A DNA stretch of 64,000 nt from the NCBI RefSeq assembly GCF_009931435.1, contig NZ_CP043414.1; one strand, 5' to 3'. Position 1 is the first letter of the stretch; every line of letters starts with the position of its first letter. The stretch comes from Escherichia coli (GTDB lineage Bacteria > Pseudomonadota > Gammaproteobacteria > Enterobacterales > Enterobacteriaceae). Of the stretch, positions 12,245 through 24,007 are shown one piece after another. The position numbers and the translations under genes were made by a program. The notes beneath the pieces are model-generated. The model had not been told where the DNA came from. It was given only the letters and a program-made list of their open reading frames with translations, and ran no database searches.

Positions 12245-12355
12245 ATGCTGGAATCAATAATTAATCTGGTATCGAGTGGCGCAGTTGACAGCCACACACC
12301 GCAAACTGCCGTTGCTGCCGTGCTGTGTGCTGCGATGATTGGGCTGTTTAGCTGA
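12245..12355 (+). CDS. yshB: small membrane protein, 36 aa (below the ORF-track length cutoff)
   Basis: ATG at 12245 preceded by ggggagag RBS; translation MLESIINLVSSGAVDSHTPQTAVAAVLCAAMIGLFS; position between glnG and hemN as in K-12. Confidence 0.7.
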   Translation: MLESIINLVSSGAVDSHTPQTAVAAVLCAAMIGLFS

Positions 12356-12361
12356 AGCTCG

Positions 12362-12520
12362 TTGTTTATGCCGGATGCGGAGAAAGTCGTAGGCCTGATA
12401 AGACGCGACCAGCGTCGCATCAGGCATCATGCTCAGATGCCGGATGCCGGATGCCGGATGCCGGATGCCGGATGCCGGATGCAGCGTAAACGCCTTATCC
12501 GGCCTACAAAAGCAATAATT
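12362..12520. repeat. REP/BIME cluster containing a 6-copy tandem heptamer (atgccgg)
   Basis: REP consensus units plus atgccgg x6 at 12437-12478. Confidence 0.75.
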
Positions 12521-12618
12521 TCAACAGGTTTTCTTAACCAGCGCATCAGGCAATCTTGTTCTCAGCACATTGATGGCGCTTTCGTTTTCTACTTTGTAAA
12601 CGAAGCGCCATTCACCAT

Positions 12619-13992
12619 TTAAATCACTCGTGAGAACTGCTGCATCCGCGCTTTCTGGCGCAGATAGGTATCAAAGCACATGCAAATGTTGCGGATCAGC
12701 AGGCGACCTTTCGCCGTTACCTGAATCCCCTTCTCATCCACATCCACCAGCCCATCTTTTGCTAACGGGGCAAGCAGCTTGAGATCTTCTGCAAAGTAGT
12801 CAGCGAAGTGCAAATCCCACTGTTGCTCAATGGGGGCATAATCCAGACGGAAGTTGCAGATGAGCGACTTAATCACATCGCGACGAATACAGTCATCACG
12901 CGTTAGCGCAATACCACGCCACAGCGCATTGCCTTGTTCATCCACTTGCTGATAGTACTGCTTCAACTCTTTCTGATTCTGCGCGTAGCAGTCGCCAATC
13001 ATGCTAATGGCTGAAACGCCCATCCCCAGCAGATCGGTATCGCCCTGAGTGGTGTAGCCCTGGAAGTTACGATGAAGCACGCCTTCACGTTGGGCCACCG
13101 CCAGCTCATCATCCGGGCGAGCAAAGTGATCCATACCGATAAACTGATAGCCCGATTGTGTCAGGAAGGCGATGGTTTCCTGCAGGATATCGAGTTTTTG
13201 CTGCGGACTCGGCAGGTCAGCATCTTTGATTTTACGCTGAGCAGCAAAAATGGTCGGCAAATGCGCGTAGTTAAAGACACTCAGGCGATCGGGGTTAAGT
13301 TCCGCCACGCGTTTCAGGGTAAAGGCGAAACTCTCCGGCGTCTGTTTCGGCAGGCCGTAAATCAGGTCGATGTTGGTGGAAGTAAAGCCAATCTCACGCG
13401 CATGGTTAAGCAGTGCAAAGATGAACTCTTCATCCTGCTCGCGGTTAACCAGACGTTGCACTTCTTTGTTGAAGTCCTGCACGCCCATGCTCAGGCGATT
13501 AAAGCCTTCGGCGCGTAAATGATCGAGTACATCCAGTTCGATTTCCCGCGGATCGACTTCGATCGAAATCTCCGCATCGGCATTGAACTGGAAGTTTTCG
13601 CGCAGCAACTTCATCAGTCGGCTGATTTGCGCTTTGTTCAGATACGTCGGCGTACCACCGCCCCAGTGCAATTGGCTGACGTGACGCCCGGCGAACAGCG
13701 GTGCACGATGGACGATTTCTTGCTCCAGCGCGTCCAGATACTGATCGGCCTTGTGCTGCTGGCGAGTAACAATCTTATTGCAACCGCAGAAGTAACAAAG
13801 CTTATGGCAGAACGGGATATGTACGTAGAGAGATAATGGACGCTCAGGATAGCGCGCCACGGCTTGTAAAAACGCCTGTTCGCCGAAGTCTTCTGAAAAC
13901 TCCAGCGCGGTCGGGTACGAGGTGTATCGTGGCCCGGAATAGTTATATTTCTGGATCAGGGCCAGATCCCAGTCGATTTGCTGTACAGACAT
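12619..13992 (-). CDS. hemN: oxygen-independent coproporphyrinogen III oxidase (radical SAM)
   Basis: CxxxCxxC radical-SAM motif (HIPFCHKLCYFCGCN); start taken at MSVQQIDW (457 aa). Confidence 0.95.
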   Translation of the reverse strand: MSVQQIDWDLALIQKYNYSGPRYTSYPTALEFSEDFGEQAFLQAVARYPERPLSLYVHIPFCHKLCYFCGCNKIVTRQQHKADQYLDALEQEIVHRAPLFAGRHVSQLHWGGGTPTYLNKAQISRLMKLLRENFQFNADAEISIEVDPREIELDVLDHLRAEGFNRLSMGVQDFNKEVQRLVNREQDEEFIFALLNHAREIGFTSTNIDLIYGLPKQTPESFAFTLKRVAELNPDRLSVFNYAHLPTIFAAQRKIKDADLPSPQQKLDILQETIAFLTQSGYQFIGMDHFARPDDELAVAQREGVLHRNFQGYTTQGDTDLLGMGVSAISMIGDCYAQNQKELKQYYQQVDEQGNALWRGIALTRDDCIRRDVIKSLICNFRLDYAPIEQQWDLHFADYFAEDLKLLAPLAKDGLVDVDEKGIQVTAKGRLLIRNICMCFDTYLRQKARMQQFSRVI

Positions 13993-14180
13993 GCTCACTC
14001 CTTCCGATGGCGTCTCTGGCGGCTACGGCGTACCGGCGAATGCCCGTTTCGGGTCATCAGCCGGTTGCGCAGCCACTTTTGTCGCCGCGACAACCGCTGT
14101 AGTTTAACGAATAACCACACCAGATAACATATAACCGGAAGGGTTATCAGCAGAACGGGAAGGCCCACGGCGGCAATCCG

Positions 14181-14690
14181 TTAGTTGCCCCGCAGCAGAC
14201 GCATCATGTCTTCTTGCTTCTCGTCTTCTTCCTCTTCTTCGTCATCGTCATAAGAGAGGCCGAGTTTCTGCATCAACTCATCAATACGATCCAGTTTGGC
14301 ATCCACCCAGGATTGCTCTTCGGCGCTCAGGGTTTCGCCTGCCTCCAGACGTTCCAGCAGCGCATCCAGACGCTCATCCGTTTCCAGTAACTCCAACTCC
14401 GCCTGCGGTGAAAGCATAGGTTTCTCACTCTTCGGTTTGTGCTGTTTGGTGACTTTTTCAGTCACGCCCAATGGAATAGGGGTTTTACTGCCAATACGTG
14501 GATCTTTCGGTGCGTTCTGGCCTTTGCTGCCTGACGTGGTGTTACCGCCCGCTGCGCGGCTGCCCGGCGCATGACCACGACGTTTTTTCTGACGCTTACG
14601 GTCACGAGCTTCCTGATCCAGCTCCTCGCGTGTTTTTCGACGCGCTTTTGCATGACCTTTGCTGCGTGAGTTTGAAGATGATGGTTTCAT
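14181..14690 (-). CDS. yihI: Der GTPase-activating protein YihI
   Basis: Highly basic N-terminus and acidic C-terminus; start chosen at [11 protein letters not shown] (169 aa); the ORF-track start at 14753 is a 5' extension. Confidence 0.85.
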   Translation of the reverse strand: MKPSSSNSRSKGHAKARRKTREELDQEARDRKRQKKRRGHAPGSRAAGGNTTSGSKGQNAPKDPRIGSKTPIPLGVTEKVTKQHKPKSEKPMLSPQAELELLETDERLDALLERLEAGETLSAEEQSWVDAKLDRIDELMQKLGLSYDDDEEEEEDEKQEDMMRLLRGN

Positions 14691-14759
14691 AATGGTTCGT
14701 CTTTTAGCCGTTTTATTCAGTATAGATTTGCGGCGGAATCTAACAGAAAGCAAGCAAAG

Positions 14760-15001
14760 AAAAAAGGCGACAGATTACTCTGTCGCCTTTTTTCCTGACT
14801 CATAACCCTTAACGGGTCTTACAATCCCTGCAGGCCGCCAACACACCCTGTTTTTCCATTAGCCGGAACAATCCGTGTTGATTCCATTTCCGTTTAATTA
14901 CGTCTCCGGACGTTTGTCTTCCTGACAATCCTCTGTCTTCGCCTCCTGGCGCTCCTGACCCTCATCCTGAGTCATTGTTCCTGTTAGCGTCCTCGCTCTA
15001 T
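14760..15001 (-). ncRNA. csrC: CsrC small RNA (CsrA-sequestering)
   Basis: Minus-strand sequence begins ATAGAGCGAGGACGCTAACAGGAACAATGACTCAGGATGAGGG, has multiple GGA motifs, and ends with a GGCGACAGAGTAATCTGTCGCC hairpin plus U-run; 3' end approximate. Confidence 0.8.
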
Positions 15002-15271
15002 GGGTGCTACTTTACGCCTTTGCTTTAAACAAACAATCAACCGCCATCAGTATTTGCACATTTTCAGAGTTTTATATAAAAGCAATTAACTGATTTATAT
15101 AGCTTATTTGACATGCATCGCAGAATTTTCTCTGCTATTTCGCATAAAGACTATCGGCAATGTCTCACAAAGCGTATGGCTTTTACTTACAACGCTCACG
15201 CCGAAAAATCCGCCTTTTATTATGGTTCAGGTATAATCGCCGCAAAGCTTTGACTGACGGAGACGACCGCT

Positions 15272-15904
15272 TTGACTAATTTGAATTATCAACAGACGCA
15301 TTTTGTGATGAGTGCGCCTGATATTCGCCACCTACCTTCCGATACCGGAATTGAAGTGGCTTTTGCAGGCCGTTCCAACGCAGGTAAATCCAGCGCGCTG
15401 AACACGCTGACTAACCAGAAAAGCCTGGCGCGGACCTCAAAAACCCCAGGGCGCACCCAGCTTATCAACCTGTTTGAAGTGGCTGACGGCAAGCGTCTGG
15501 TTGACCTGCCCGGCTATGGCTACGCGGAAGTCCCGGAAGAGATGAAGCGCAAATGGCAGCGCGCGCTCGGCGAGTACCTCGAAAAACGTCAGAGCCTGCA
15601 AGGCCTGGTGGTACTCATGGATATTCGCCATCCGCTGAAAGATTTGGATCAGCAGATGATTGAGTGGGCGGTAGACAGCAATATCGCCGTGCTGGTGCTG
15701 CTGACCAAAGCGGACAAACTGGCAAGCGGCGCACGTAAAGCGCAATTGAATATGGTGCGTGAAGCGGTGCTGGCGTTTAACGGTGATGTGCAGGTTGAAA
15801 CGTTCTCTTCGCTGAAGAAGCAAGGCGTGGACAAGCTGCGGCAGAAACTGGATACCTGGTTTAGCGAGATGCAGCCTGTAGAAGAAACGCAGGACGGCGA
15901 ATAA
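15272..15904 (+). CDS. engB: ribosome biogenesis GTP-binding protein EngB/YihA
   Basis: 210 aa; [10 protein letters not shown]-loop. Confidence 0.95.
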
Positions 15905-15998
15905 TTTTCTTGCCTTAATGCTTGTGCCGGATGTGGCGTATCCGGCTCTGGCATAGGCCTGAGAAGCATCAGGCATTACGATCTTTTCTTTCGCCCAA

Positions 15999-16107
15999 TA
16001 AAAAACGCCCCAGTCATTACTGACTGGGGCGGCTAAAATATTCAGCCAAATCCGATTACGTGAAGTAAAAGGTCTGAAAGATAGAACATCTTACCTCTGT
16101 ACCCTAC
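15999..16107 (-). ncRNA. spf: Spot 42 small RNA
   Basis: Minus strand reads GTAGGGTACAGAGGTAAGATGTTCTATCTTTCAGACCTTTTACTTCACGTAATCGGATTTGGCTGAATATTTTAGCCGCCCCAGTCAGTAATGACTGGGGCGTTTTTTA, including the terminator hairpin. Confidence 0.92.
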
Positions 16108-16254
16108 GCGACTAACTTTACTCTTTTTTGTTCAGTTCAGAAAGCATTTTTTGTAATTTTTTTTCAGTTGTTGCATAGGAATTTCTAATAGCCATCACAA
16201 AACGTGACAGCTTATGTTGCTTACTTACGAAAAAAGGGCATGTTCAGGCGAATC

Positions 16255-19041
16255 TTAGTGCGCCTGATCCCAGTTTTCGCCACTCCCCACTTCCACCAGC
16301 AGCGGCACATCCAGACGGGTACAGTTTTCCATCAGTTGATGAATCTGTTTCGCGACGGCATCGACATCATCTTTATGAACTTCAAATACCAGTTCATCGT
16401 GTACCTGCATAATCATACGCACACGCGGTTGCTCAGCTTGTAACCACGCATCAACGGCAATCATCGCTCGTTTGATAATGTCGGCGGCGGTTCCCTGCAT
16501 TGGCGCGTTAATGGCTGCACGTTCAGCCGCTGCACGACGAGCACCATTGCTGGATTTGATATCCGGCAGATACAGACGGCGTCCGTCCAGCGTTTCAACG
16601 TAGCCCTGTTCTTTCGCCTGCGCACGGGTGCGCTCCATATACTCCAGCACGCCTGGGTAGCGTTCGAAGTAAAGGTCCATGTACTTCTGCGCTTCTTTAC
16701 GTGGAATGTTCAATTGTCGCGCCAGACCGAAAGCACTCATGCCATAAATCAGACCAAAGTTGATCGCTTTCGCGCTACGACGTTGCTCGCTGGTGACGGT
16801 TTCCAGTGGCAAACCAAACACTTCTGCCGCCGTAGCCCGGTGGATATCTTTTCCTTCCGCGAATGCGGTCAGCAAGCCTTTGTCACGCGAGAGATGCGCC
16901 ATAATGCGCAGTTCAATCTGCGAGTAGTCCGCCGAGACAATCACATAATCCTCTGGCGCAATAAACGCCTGGCGGATACGACGACCTTCTTCGTTACGCA
17001 CCGGAATGTTTTGCAGGTTAGGATCGGTTGACGATAAACGTCCCGTAGCGGTTACTGCCTGGTGATAAGAGGTATGTACACGCCCGGTTTTCGGGTTGAT
17101 CATCAGCGGCAGCTTGTCGGTGTAGGTCGATTTCAGCTTCGCCAGACCACGATACTCCAGAATCACTTTTGGCAACGGATAGTCCAGCGCCAGTTCTTCC
17201 AGTACCTCTTCCGACGTTGACGGCGCACCACCCGGCGTTTTCTTCAGCGGTTTAATGCCCTGTTTTTCAAACAGAATGGTTTGTAACTGCTTGGTGGAAG
17301 AAAGGTTAAATTCTTCACCTGCAATTTCATGCGCTTTCTTTTCCAGCTCAGCCAGACGTAGAGTGAGCTCTTCAGAATGATTATGAAGCACTTTCGGATC
17401 GATCTTCACACCGTTACGTTCAATGCGTGAAAGCACCGGCACCAGCGGCATTTCGATGTTCTCGAAGACGTTCAACGGCCCTTTGTGTTTTTGCAGATCC
17501 GGCCACATTTTCAGATGCAACTGCAAGGTGACATCTGCATCTTCGGCGGCGTAACGTCCGGCCTCTTCGAGGGCAATCTGGTTAAAGGTCAGTTGATTTT
17601 TGCCTTTACCCGCAATCTCTTCAAAAGTGATGGTTTTGTGCTTCAACCAACGTTCCGCGAGGCTGTCCATATCGTGACGCCCGGCAACGCTATTGAGAAT
17701 GTAGGACTCCAGCATGGTATCAAACGCAATCCCACGCAGCTCAATGCCGTAGTTCGCCAGAATACCGCGATCGTATTTCAGGTTTTGCCCGACCTTCAGC
17801 GCCTTTTCATCTTCCAGCAGCGGTTTTAGCAACTCGAGTGCACGCTCGCGAGAGATTTGATCGGGCGCATCAAGATAATCATGAGCAACCGGAATATATG
17901 CCGCTACGCCTGGCTCGATAGCAAAAGAAAGCCCGACCAGGTTAGCAGAGATGTTATCAAGGCTGTCGGTTTCGGTATCAAATGCAAATACCGGCGATTT
18001 TTCCAGCTTCGCAATCCACGCTTTCAGTGTTTCTTCATCAAGGATGGTGACGTAGTTGTCATAAGAAATCACCGTTGCCGTCACTTCTGGCGCTTCGTCT
18101 GCAACACTGGTTTCCTGCGGCTTCGCGGCTGGTTTTGCCCCTTTGGCCTGTAACCATTTGCCCGCTTCGACATCAGCAGTCCAGCGTTTGAACTCATACT
18201 TTTTGAACAGCCCCAACAACTCTTCCGCCGCCGGTTGCTGCACTTCTAGTTGTTCACAGGTAAGCTCCAGTTCAACGTCGGTTTTAATCGTCGCCAGCTG
18301 GTAAGAGAGATAAGCCACTTCTTTGTTTTGCTCGAGCTTCGCCGCCATTGTTTTCGCGCCACGGAAGCTCAACCCAGCAATTTTTTCTGGCTCGGCATAC
18401 AGCGTATCCAGTCCGCCAAGACCTTGTAGCAATGCTTGCGCGGTTTTTTCACCGACGCCCGGTACGCCAGGGATGTTATCAGAGGAGTCACCCATCAGCG
18501 CCAGGAAGTCGATGATCAGTTCTGGCGGCACGCCGTACTTATTCACCACCTCTTCCGGTCCGAGGATGGTATTCGTCATGGTATTGATAAGCGTAATATT
18601 TGGCGTCACCAGCTGCGCCATATCTTTATCGCCTGTGCTTATCAGCACCGGACGCCCGGCTTTTTCGGCTTCGCGCGCCAGAGTACCGATAACGTCGTCC
18701 GCTTCTACGCCAGAAACCGCCAGCAGCGGCAGTCCCATCGCTTTAACCATCGCGTGCAGAGGTTCGATTTGTGCTCGCAGATCGTCCGGCATTGGCGGAC
18801 GATGTGATTTGTAATGTTCAAACAGTTCATCACGAAAGGTTTTTCCCTTGGCGTCAAAGACCACCGCTGCATGCGTCGGTTTATATTGCATGATTAGACT
18901 GCGCAGCATGTTGAGGACACCATACATCGCACCGGTCGGCTCGCCTGCGCTGTTAGTCAGCGGGGGAAACGCGTGATAGGCGCGATAAAGATAAGATGAA
19001 CCATCTACAAGGATAAGTGGATTTTGGGGGATCTGAACCAT
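16255..19041 (-). CDS. polA: DNA polymerase I
   Basis: 928 aa; 5'-3' exonuclease, 3'-5' exonuclease and polymerase domains recognisable. Confidence 0.98.
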   Translation of the reverse strand: MVQIPQNPLILVDGSSYLYRAYHAFPPLTNSAGEPTGAMYGVLNMLRSLIMQYKPTHAAVVFDAKGKTFRDELFEHYKSHRPPMPDDLRAQIEPLHAMVKAMGLPLLAVSGVEADDVIGTLAREAEKAGRPVLISTGDKDMAQLVTPNITLINTMTNTILGPEEVVNKYGVPPELIIDFLALMGDSSDNIPGVPGVGEKTAQALLQGLGGLDTLYAEPEKIAGLSFRGAKTMAAKLEQNKEVAYLSYQLATIKTDVELELTCEQLEVQQPAAEELLGLFKKYEFKRWTADVEAGKWLQAKGAKPAAKPQETSVADEAPEVTATVISYDNYVTILDEETLKAWIAKLEKSPVFAFDTETDSLDNISANLVGLSFAIEPGVAAYIPVAHDYLDAPDQISRERALELLKPLLEDEKALKVGQNLKYDRGILANYGIELRGIAFDTMLESYILNSVAGRHDMDSLAERWLKHKTITFEEIAGKGKNQLTFNQIALEEAGRYAAEDADVTLQLHLKMWPDLQKHKGPLNVFENIEMPLVPVLSRIERNGVKIDPKVLHNHSEELTLRLAELEKKAHEIAGEEFNLSSTKQLQTILFEKQGIKPLKKTPGGAPSTSEEVLEELALDYPLPKVILEYRGLAKLKSTYTDKLPLMINPKTGRVHTSYHQAVTATGRLSSTDPNLQNIPVRNEEGRRIRQAFIAPEDYVIVSADYSQIELRIMAHLSRDKGLLTAFAEGKDIHRATAAEVFGLPLETVTSEQRRSAKAINFGLIYGMSAFGLARQLNIPRKEAQKYMDLYFERYPGVLEYMERTRAQAKEQGYVETLDGRRLYLPDIKSSNGARRAAAERAAINAPMQGTAADIIKRAMIAVDAWLQAEQPRVRMIMQVHDELVFEVHKDDVDAVAKQIHQLMENCTRLDVPLLVEVGSGENWDQAH

Positions 19042-19404
19042 AATGTCCGTGCCTGTTTATCAGATTATGGGTAAAGGATGCCACAGACAGGATGAAAACA
19101 TGAGTTTTTCACCGCTTTTCGTGAAAATCTTTTGTAGATCTTCTGGATCGCTCGCAAATCGTCATGTGGATAACTTTGTGCATAAATTATTTACATCGCT
19201 TTTAATTTATTATCATGCTTTTTACAGCATGATGTTTGTCTTTGCTTTTCATACAGTTAAATATAAAGCCATCCCTAATAATTGTGATAATGGGATTTTT
19301 TCTAATGTGGATAGATATGAATTATTTTTCTCCTTAAGGATCATCCGTTATTTGGGGCGTTTTCTGCTAAAATCGGCGCCTTGCGCTTCTTTAGCGCACT
19401 GTCT

Positions 19405-20337
19405 ATGGCTAACCTTTTGAATAAATTCATTATGACGAGAATACTCGCTGCGATAACCCTTTTGCTGAGTATCGTATTGACCATTTTGGTCACTATTTTT
19501 TGCTCCGTCCCGATCATCATTGCCGGGATTGTAAAACTATTGCTACCTGTGCCAGTCATTTGGCGAAAGGTTTCGCGTTTTTGTGATTTTATGATGTATT
19601 GCTGGTGTGAAAGTCTGGCGGTATTACTGCATCTGAACCCACACCTGCAATGGGAAGTTCACGGGCTGGAAGGGTTAAGTAAGAAGAACTGGTATCTGCT
19701 TATTTGTAACCACCGTAGTTGGGCAGATATTGTCGTACTGTGCGTGCTGTTTCGTAAGCACATTCCGATGAATAAATATTTCCTCAAGCAGCAGCTTGCC
19801 TGGGTGCCATTTCTTGGCCTGGCATGCTGGGCGCTGGATATGCCGTTTATGAAGCGTTATTCCCGCGCTTATTTATTACGTCATCCGGAGAGACGTGGTA
19901 AAGATGTTGAAACCACACGGCGTTCTTGTGAAAAGTTTCGCCTGCACCCCACCACCATTGTCAATTTCGTTGAAGGCTCCCGTTTCACGCAAGAAAAACA
20001 TCAGCAAACCCACTCCACTTTTCAAAACTTGTTGCCACCAAAGGCGGCAGGCATTGCGATGGCGCTAAATGTACTGGGTAAACAATTCGATAAACTGCTT
20101 AATGTTACGCTGTGTTATCCCGACAATAACCGTCAGCCGTTCTTCGATATGTTAAGCGGTAAACTGACGCGAATTGTCGTACATGTGGATTTACAGCCTA
20201 TTGCCGATGAGTTACATGGCGACTACATCAATGACAAAAGCTTTAAGCGCCATTTTCAGCAATGGCTGAACTCACTGTGGCAGGAAAAAGACCGACTTCT
20301 GACGTCGTTGATGTCATCACAGCGTCAGAATAAGTAA
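19405..20337 (+). CDS. yihG: acyltransferase (PlsC-like lysophospholipid acyltransferase family)
   Basis: HxxxxD acyltransferase motif (NHRSWAD); start chosen at MANLLNKF (310 aa) rather than the ORF-track 19381. Confidence 0.85.
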   Translation: MANLLNKFIMTRILAAITLLLSIVLTILVTIFCSVPIIIAGIVKLLLPVPVIWRKVSRFCDFMMYCWCESLAVLLHLNPHLQWEVHGLEGLSKKNWYLLICNHRSWADIVVLCVLFRKHIPMNKYFLKQQLAWVPFLGLACWALDMPFMKRYSRAYLLRHPERRGKDVETTRRSCEKFRLHPTTIVNFVEGSRFTQEKHQQTHSTFQNLLPPKAAGIAMALNVLGKQFDKLLNVTLCYPDNNRQPFFDMLSGKLTRIVVHVDLQPIADELHGDYINDKSFKRHFQQWLNSLWQEKDRLLTSLMSSQRQNK

Positions 20338-20377
20338 GTTTTACTCGCCTCTGAATGAGCAGAGGCGAGTGAGTATT

Positions 20378-21808
20378 TTAATGAACAAAACGTCCGGCAC
20401 GAGACATAAATTCTTCTTCGCTCATTTCCTGTCCGTTAAAAACAACTTTACCCGGTGTATAACGCAGTTGCAGCGAGGCGGTATTGTTGTCAATCGTGAT
20501 TAACTGAAACATCTGACCTAATGTCATCATCCCGCTGATTTGTTTATCAGCCTGCTTTTGCGCTTTTTCAGCATCCATTCCTTCAGATAAATTAAGCTGT
20601 TTTGCGGTTTCTGTGACGACATTAAGCGGTAACTTCACATCAAAAATGAGCGATTTAATATCTTTGTTTGTGGATGATGAGGATTTGGCTGGGTCGGCAA
20701 TACTGATATCCAGATTGGCATTTAGTTCGCCGAGTGCGTTCTTCCATCTTACCGGTTGTTTAATGGTCGGCTCACTTTTTTGTAATAACGGTAAATACTC
20801 TTTGAACAATGCAGCATTCACTTCTTGCAGAGCAACTTCATCGTTTGCTAACTCAGGGTGTGCAGCAAGCTGCTTCTGCATCGCAATGTTATACTGAATG
20901 ATAAATTGGCGCACCGCTGAGGGATCAATAGATTCCGCAATCAAGGACCACTCACCACTACCGAGTTGCTGATTTCCTTTTGTTAACTTATCAAGTTCGT
21001 AGGTCAGATTGACATTGATATAATCTTTGTCTTTAACGCGATCCAGCCTGGTTTTTGCAACGAAAGCATCGATTTGGGCAACGTCTTCTCCCTGATTGAT
21101 AATGTTAATCTGATTGAATTTCGACTCGCTTTCGCCAACCGGAAATTTCTTTTCTTCTAATCGCGTTAGAGAATCAATGGTAAAACTTTTCGCCGTTACT
21201 TTATTCAATGGCGATAATTCCAGAACAAGATCTTCGACTTTGCCTTCAATATCCAGATTAGACAATGAACTACCATCACCATTAAAAGTAAACTGGCCCT
21301 CACCAAAAGAAAACTTTCCATATTTTGCAGGGGCAACATCTAATGTCGTGGAGAATGAGCCACCAAACGCGAATCGCAATGTCGCTTCCACGGGCGATTT
21401 ATTTTTTGCGGCGATAAATAGCGGTTGTGTCAGTTCATTATTCACTAAGTTCACTTTTGCCGCTGCCAGTGCGGGGATGACATTACCACGCATTAACATT
21501 GTGATGGGCAACGGACCGTGCTCAACATCCACATCAAATGCAACTTTCTGGCCTGGCTTGATATTGAGATCGGGTGCACCGTTATCAAATGTCATTTGCA
21601 TTTGAAAATGAGAATTAAAAAAGCCTTTGTCAAAGTTTTTATAACTTAACGTCATATCGTAGGCATGTTCACCTTTCTCTTTAGCATCGTTAAAATCTTT
21701 AATGAACTTTTCGACACCAGGCTGAATTTGCGTACCTGTGTACCATGTGCCACCACCCCAGATTACGGCTAACGCAACAATAACACCTGTAGCTGACTTA
21801 CGTATCAT
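20378..21808 (-). CDS. yihF: DUF945-family protein, signal-anchored
   Basis: Start chosen at MIRKSATGVIVALAV (476 aa); N-terminal hydrophobic segment. Confidence 0.85.
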   Translation of the reverse strand: MIRKSATGVIVALAVIWGGGTWYTGTQIQPGVEKFIKDFNDAKEKGEHAYDMTLSYKNFDKGFFNSHFQMQMTFDNGAPDLNIKPGQKVAFDVDVEHGPLPITMLMRGNVIPALAAAKVNLVNNELTQPLFIAAKNKSPVEATLRFAFGGSFSTTLDVAPAKYGKFSFGEGQFTFNGDGSSLSNLDIEGKVEDLVLELSPLNKVTAKSFTIDSLTRLEEKKFPVGESESKFNQINIINQGEDVAQIDAFVAKTRLDRVKDKDYINVNLTYELDKLTKGNQQLGSGEWSLIAESIDPSAVRQFIIQYNIAMQKQLAAHPELANDEVALQEVNAALFKEYLPLLQKSEPTIKQPVRWKNALGELNANLDISIADPAKSSSSTNKDIKSLIFDVKLPLNVVTETAKQLNLSEGMDAEKAQKQADKQISGMMTLGQMFQLITIDNNTASLQLRYTPGKVVFNGQEMSEEEFMSRAGRFVH

Positions 21809-21913
21809 ATAAATATTCCCTGATAAAACAGCAAAACTTTGAATATCCACTTATGCTGAAATAATGTCCAGCGGCAGGACGCATTATCAGAATGTATTTA
21901 TATTTATTAAATA

Positions 21914-21943
21914 ATAAAAAAAGCCCGTGAATATTCACGGGCT
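21914..21943 (-). terminator. rho-independent terminator between dsbA and yihF
   Basis: gcccgtgaatattcacgggc hairpin followed on the minus strand by a U7 run. Confidence 0.65.
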
Positions 21944-21962
21944 TTATGTAATTTACATTGAA

Positions 21963-22589
21963 TTATTTTTTCTCGGACAGATATTTCACAGTATCAGCAT
22001 ACTGCTGAACAAAAACATCCATATTGCTGGTATCCATACCCTGCGGATTCAGCTGATATTTACCGTTAACAAACATCGCCGGAACGCCACGCAATTGCAC
22101 GTCGGCTGCGGCTTTTTCCTGCTGAGCCACCAGAGATTTCACCACGAAGCTGTTCCAGGCCGCGTCGTACTCTTCACCTTTAATACCTGCGTTGATAAAT
22201 ACATCGCGGATATCAGATGCAGAACGAATGGTCTGGGTTTTCTGTACGCCTTCAAACAGCGGAACAGTCACTTTGTCTTCCACGCCCAGCGCCATCGCCA
22301 CTGCCCATGCCTGAGTCAGTTCTTTGCCCAGATCCCCACCCATGAAGTTGACGTGGTATTTAGTCATTTTCACGCCTTCCGGCAGTTTTTTCTTCACGTT
22401 CTCAGAAATATGCAGAACTTCTTCAAACTGATAGCAGTGCGGGCAGAAGAAAGAGAAAAACTCCAGCACTTGCGGCGCGCCAGCAACCGGTTTTTCCAGG
22501 GTGGTGTACTGTTTACCATCTTCATACTGCGCCGCCGATGCGCTAAACGCTAAAACTAAACCAGCCAGCGCCAGCCAAATCTTTTTCAT
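21963..22589 (-). CDS. dsbA: periplasmic thiol:disulfide oxidoreductase DsbA
   Basis: 208 aa, signal peptide, CPHC active site ([13 protein letters not shown]). Confidence 0.97.
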   Translation of the reverse strand: MKKIWLALAGLVLAFSASAAQYEDGKQYTTLEKPVAGAPQVLEFFSFFCPHCYQFEEVLHISENVKKKLPEGVKMTKYHVNFMGGDLGKELTQAWAVAMALGVEDKVTVPLFEGVQKTQTIRSASDIRDVFINAGIKGEEYDAAWNSFVVKSLVAQQEKAAADVQLRGVPAMFVNGKYQLNPQGMDTSNMDVFVQQYADTVKYLSEKK

Positions 22590-22605
22590 GATCTACTCTC
22601 TCCGA

Positions 22606-23592
22606 TTAATACATAGGTGTTAATTGCAAAGGGGGTTCTTGTAGAACTTTTGCCTGTTCTATAAAAGTCGCCGTCTGTCGCAGCCAGTAATCTTCCCCGG
22701 TTAACCACGGGAAATTTTTCGGGAACGCGGGATCAGCCCAACGCCGCATTAGCCAGGCAAGATAATAAACCAAACGCATGGCGCGTAAAGGTTCAATCAG
22801 TCCGATTTCAGCGATATCGAACTCGCTAAATTCTTCATAAGCCTCAATAATAGTTTCCAGTTGCATCCGCTGCTCAGCTTTATCGCCATTGAGCAACATC
22901 CACAAATCCTGAATAGCCGGACCATTACGTGCATCATCCAGATCAACAAACATTGGACCATCGCGCCAGAGGATATTCCCGGCGTGGCAGTCTCCATGTA
23001 GCCGCAGAACGGTGAAATCTTCCCGCCAGTGTGCTGTAACGGCGGCGATCAGCTCATCTGTCGCTTTCAGGAATGCCGCTTTCAACCCGGAAGGTATCAG
23101 TGTGGCGTCCTCAAACAGCTTGCGTGGCTCAATGAGATATTCATTCAGACCGATGGTCGGGCGATGGATAAAAAGCTGTTTGCGCCCCGTCTGGTGCATA
23201 CGCCCTAAATAACGCCCAACAGCTTCCATCTGATCGATATTATCAGCTTCGAACTGGCGACCACCGACGCTTGGAAAAACAGCGAAATAAAATCCCTGAT
23301 GATTCAATAAAGTCTGACCGTTAAAGGCCACAGGCGCTGCGACCGGAACTTCATCGTTAACCAGCTGCAACGCAAATTGATGTTCTTCGAAGATTTGATC
23401 GGCTGTCCAACGTTCAGGGCGATAAAATTTGACGACAAAACGTCGACGATCTTCGTCCTGAAATTGATAGACACGGTTTTCATAGCTGTTAAGCGGGGTA
23501 AGACCGGAATCCACCCGGATCCCATGCTCAAACAGAGCGTCCATGATGGTATCCGGGTGTAGTGTCTGGAAAGTAAAAGCGCTGTTGTTCAT
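22606..23592 (-). CDS. srkA: stress response Ser/Thr kinase SrkA (YihE/RdoA)
   Basis: 328 aa; kinase-like HGDCHAGNILW and DLDDA motifs. Confidence 0.9.
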   Translation of the reverse strand: MNNSAFTFQTLHPDTIMDALFEHGIRVDSGLTPLNSYENRVYQFQDEDRRRFVVKFYRPERWTADQIFEEHQFALQLVNDEVPVAAPVAFNGQTLLNHQGFYFAVFPSVGGRQFEADNIDQMEAVGRYLGRMHQTGRKQLFIHRPTIGLNEYLIEPRKLFEDATLIPSGLKAAFLKATDELIAAVTAHWREDFTVLRLHGDCHAGNILWRDGPMFVDLDDARNGPAIQDLWMLLNGDKAEQRMQLETIIEAYEEFSEFDIAEIGLIEPLRAMRLVYYLAWLMRRWADPAFPKNFPWLTGEDYWLRQTATFIEQAKVLQEPPLQLTPMY

Positions 23593-23668
23593 CCCATCAT
23601 CCGGAAAACATTACGAATGATGAAGGATATCATTTCACGATGATTTTGGTTGCGCCGCTTACAAGCTT

Positions 23669-23938
23669 TTACTCTTTAATTACGCCACGTGCGCGTAATA
23701 GCGCCGTTTTGAAATCTTCTTCATAATCTTTCTGCAAACCCGGGATCACCGCATCTTTCGCGGAATCACGCATTTTCAGGTGATAGATCAGAATGTCATC
23801 CGTCAAATCCGCCAGTTCGCCGTCAAAACCTGACTCTTTCGCCAGTTTCTGCAAAAATTGCAGCAGGTTAAGGTCTGGTTCTTTTTGCCAGGCTGGCTGG
23901 AGGAGTTCAATAACTTCATTCAGACGTTTACATTTCAT
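23669..23938 (-). CDS. yihD: DUF1040 protein YihD
   Basis: Start chosen at MKCKRLNEV (89 aa); synteny. Confidence 0.8.
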
Positions 23939-24007
23939 AGTGATGCTCCTTACTCTTGAGACAGACACGTTAGCAGGGTCAATCCCACAATAAAAGAGGC
24001 GATATCG

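Noticed and set aside
12437-12478. Possible CRISPR array
   Set aside because: The repeat unit is only 7 bp, with no spacers and no cas genes; it is a microsatellite within a REP element.
15905-15990. REP-like hairpin gccggatgtggcgtatccggc upstream of spf
   Set aside because: Only a partial match to the REP consensus; more likely part of the spf promoter/upstream region, so not called as a repeat.
19043-19420. 125-aa ORF in the polA-yihG intergenic region
   Set aside because: AT-rich promoter region with low-complexity translation and no RBS; it overlaps the yihG start.
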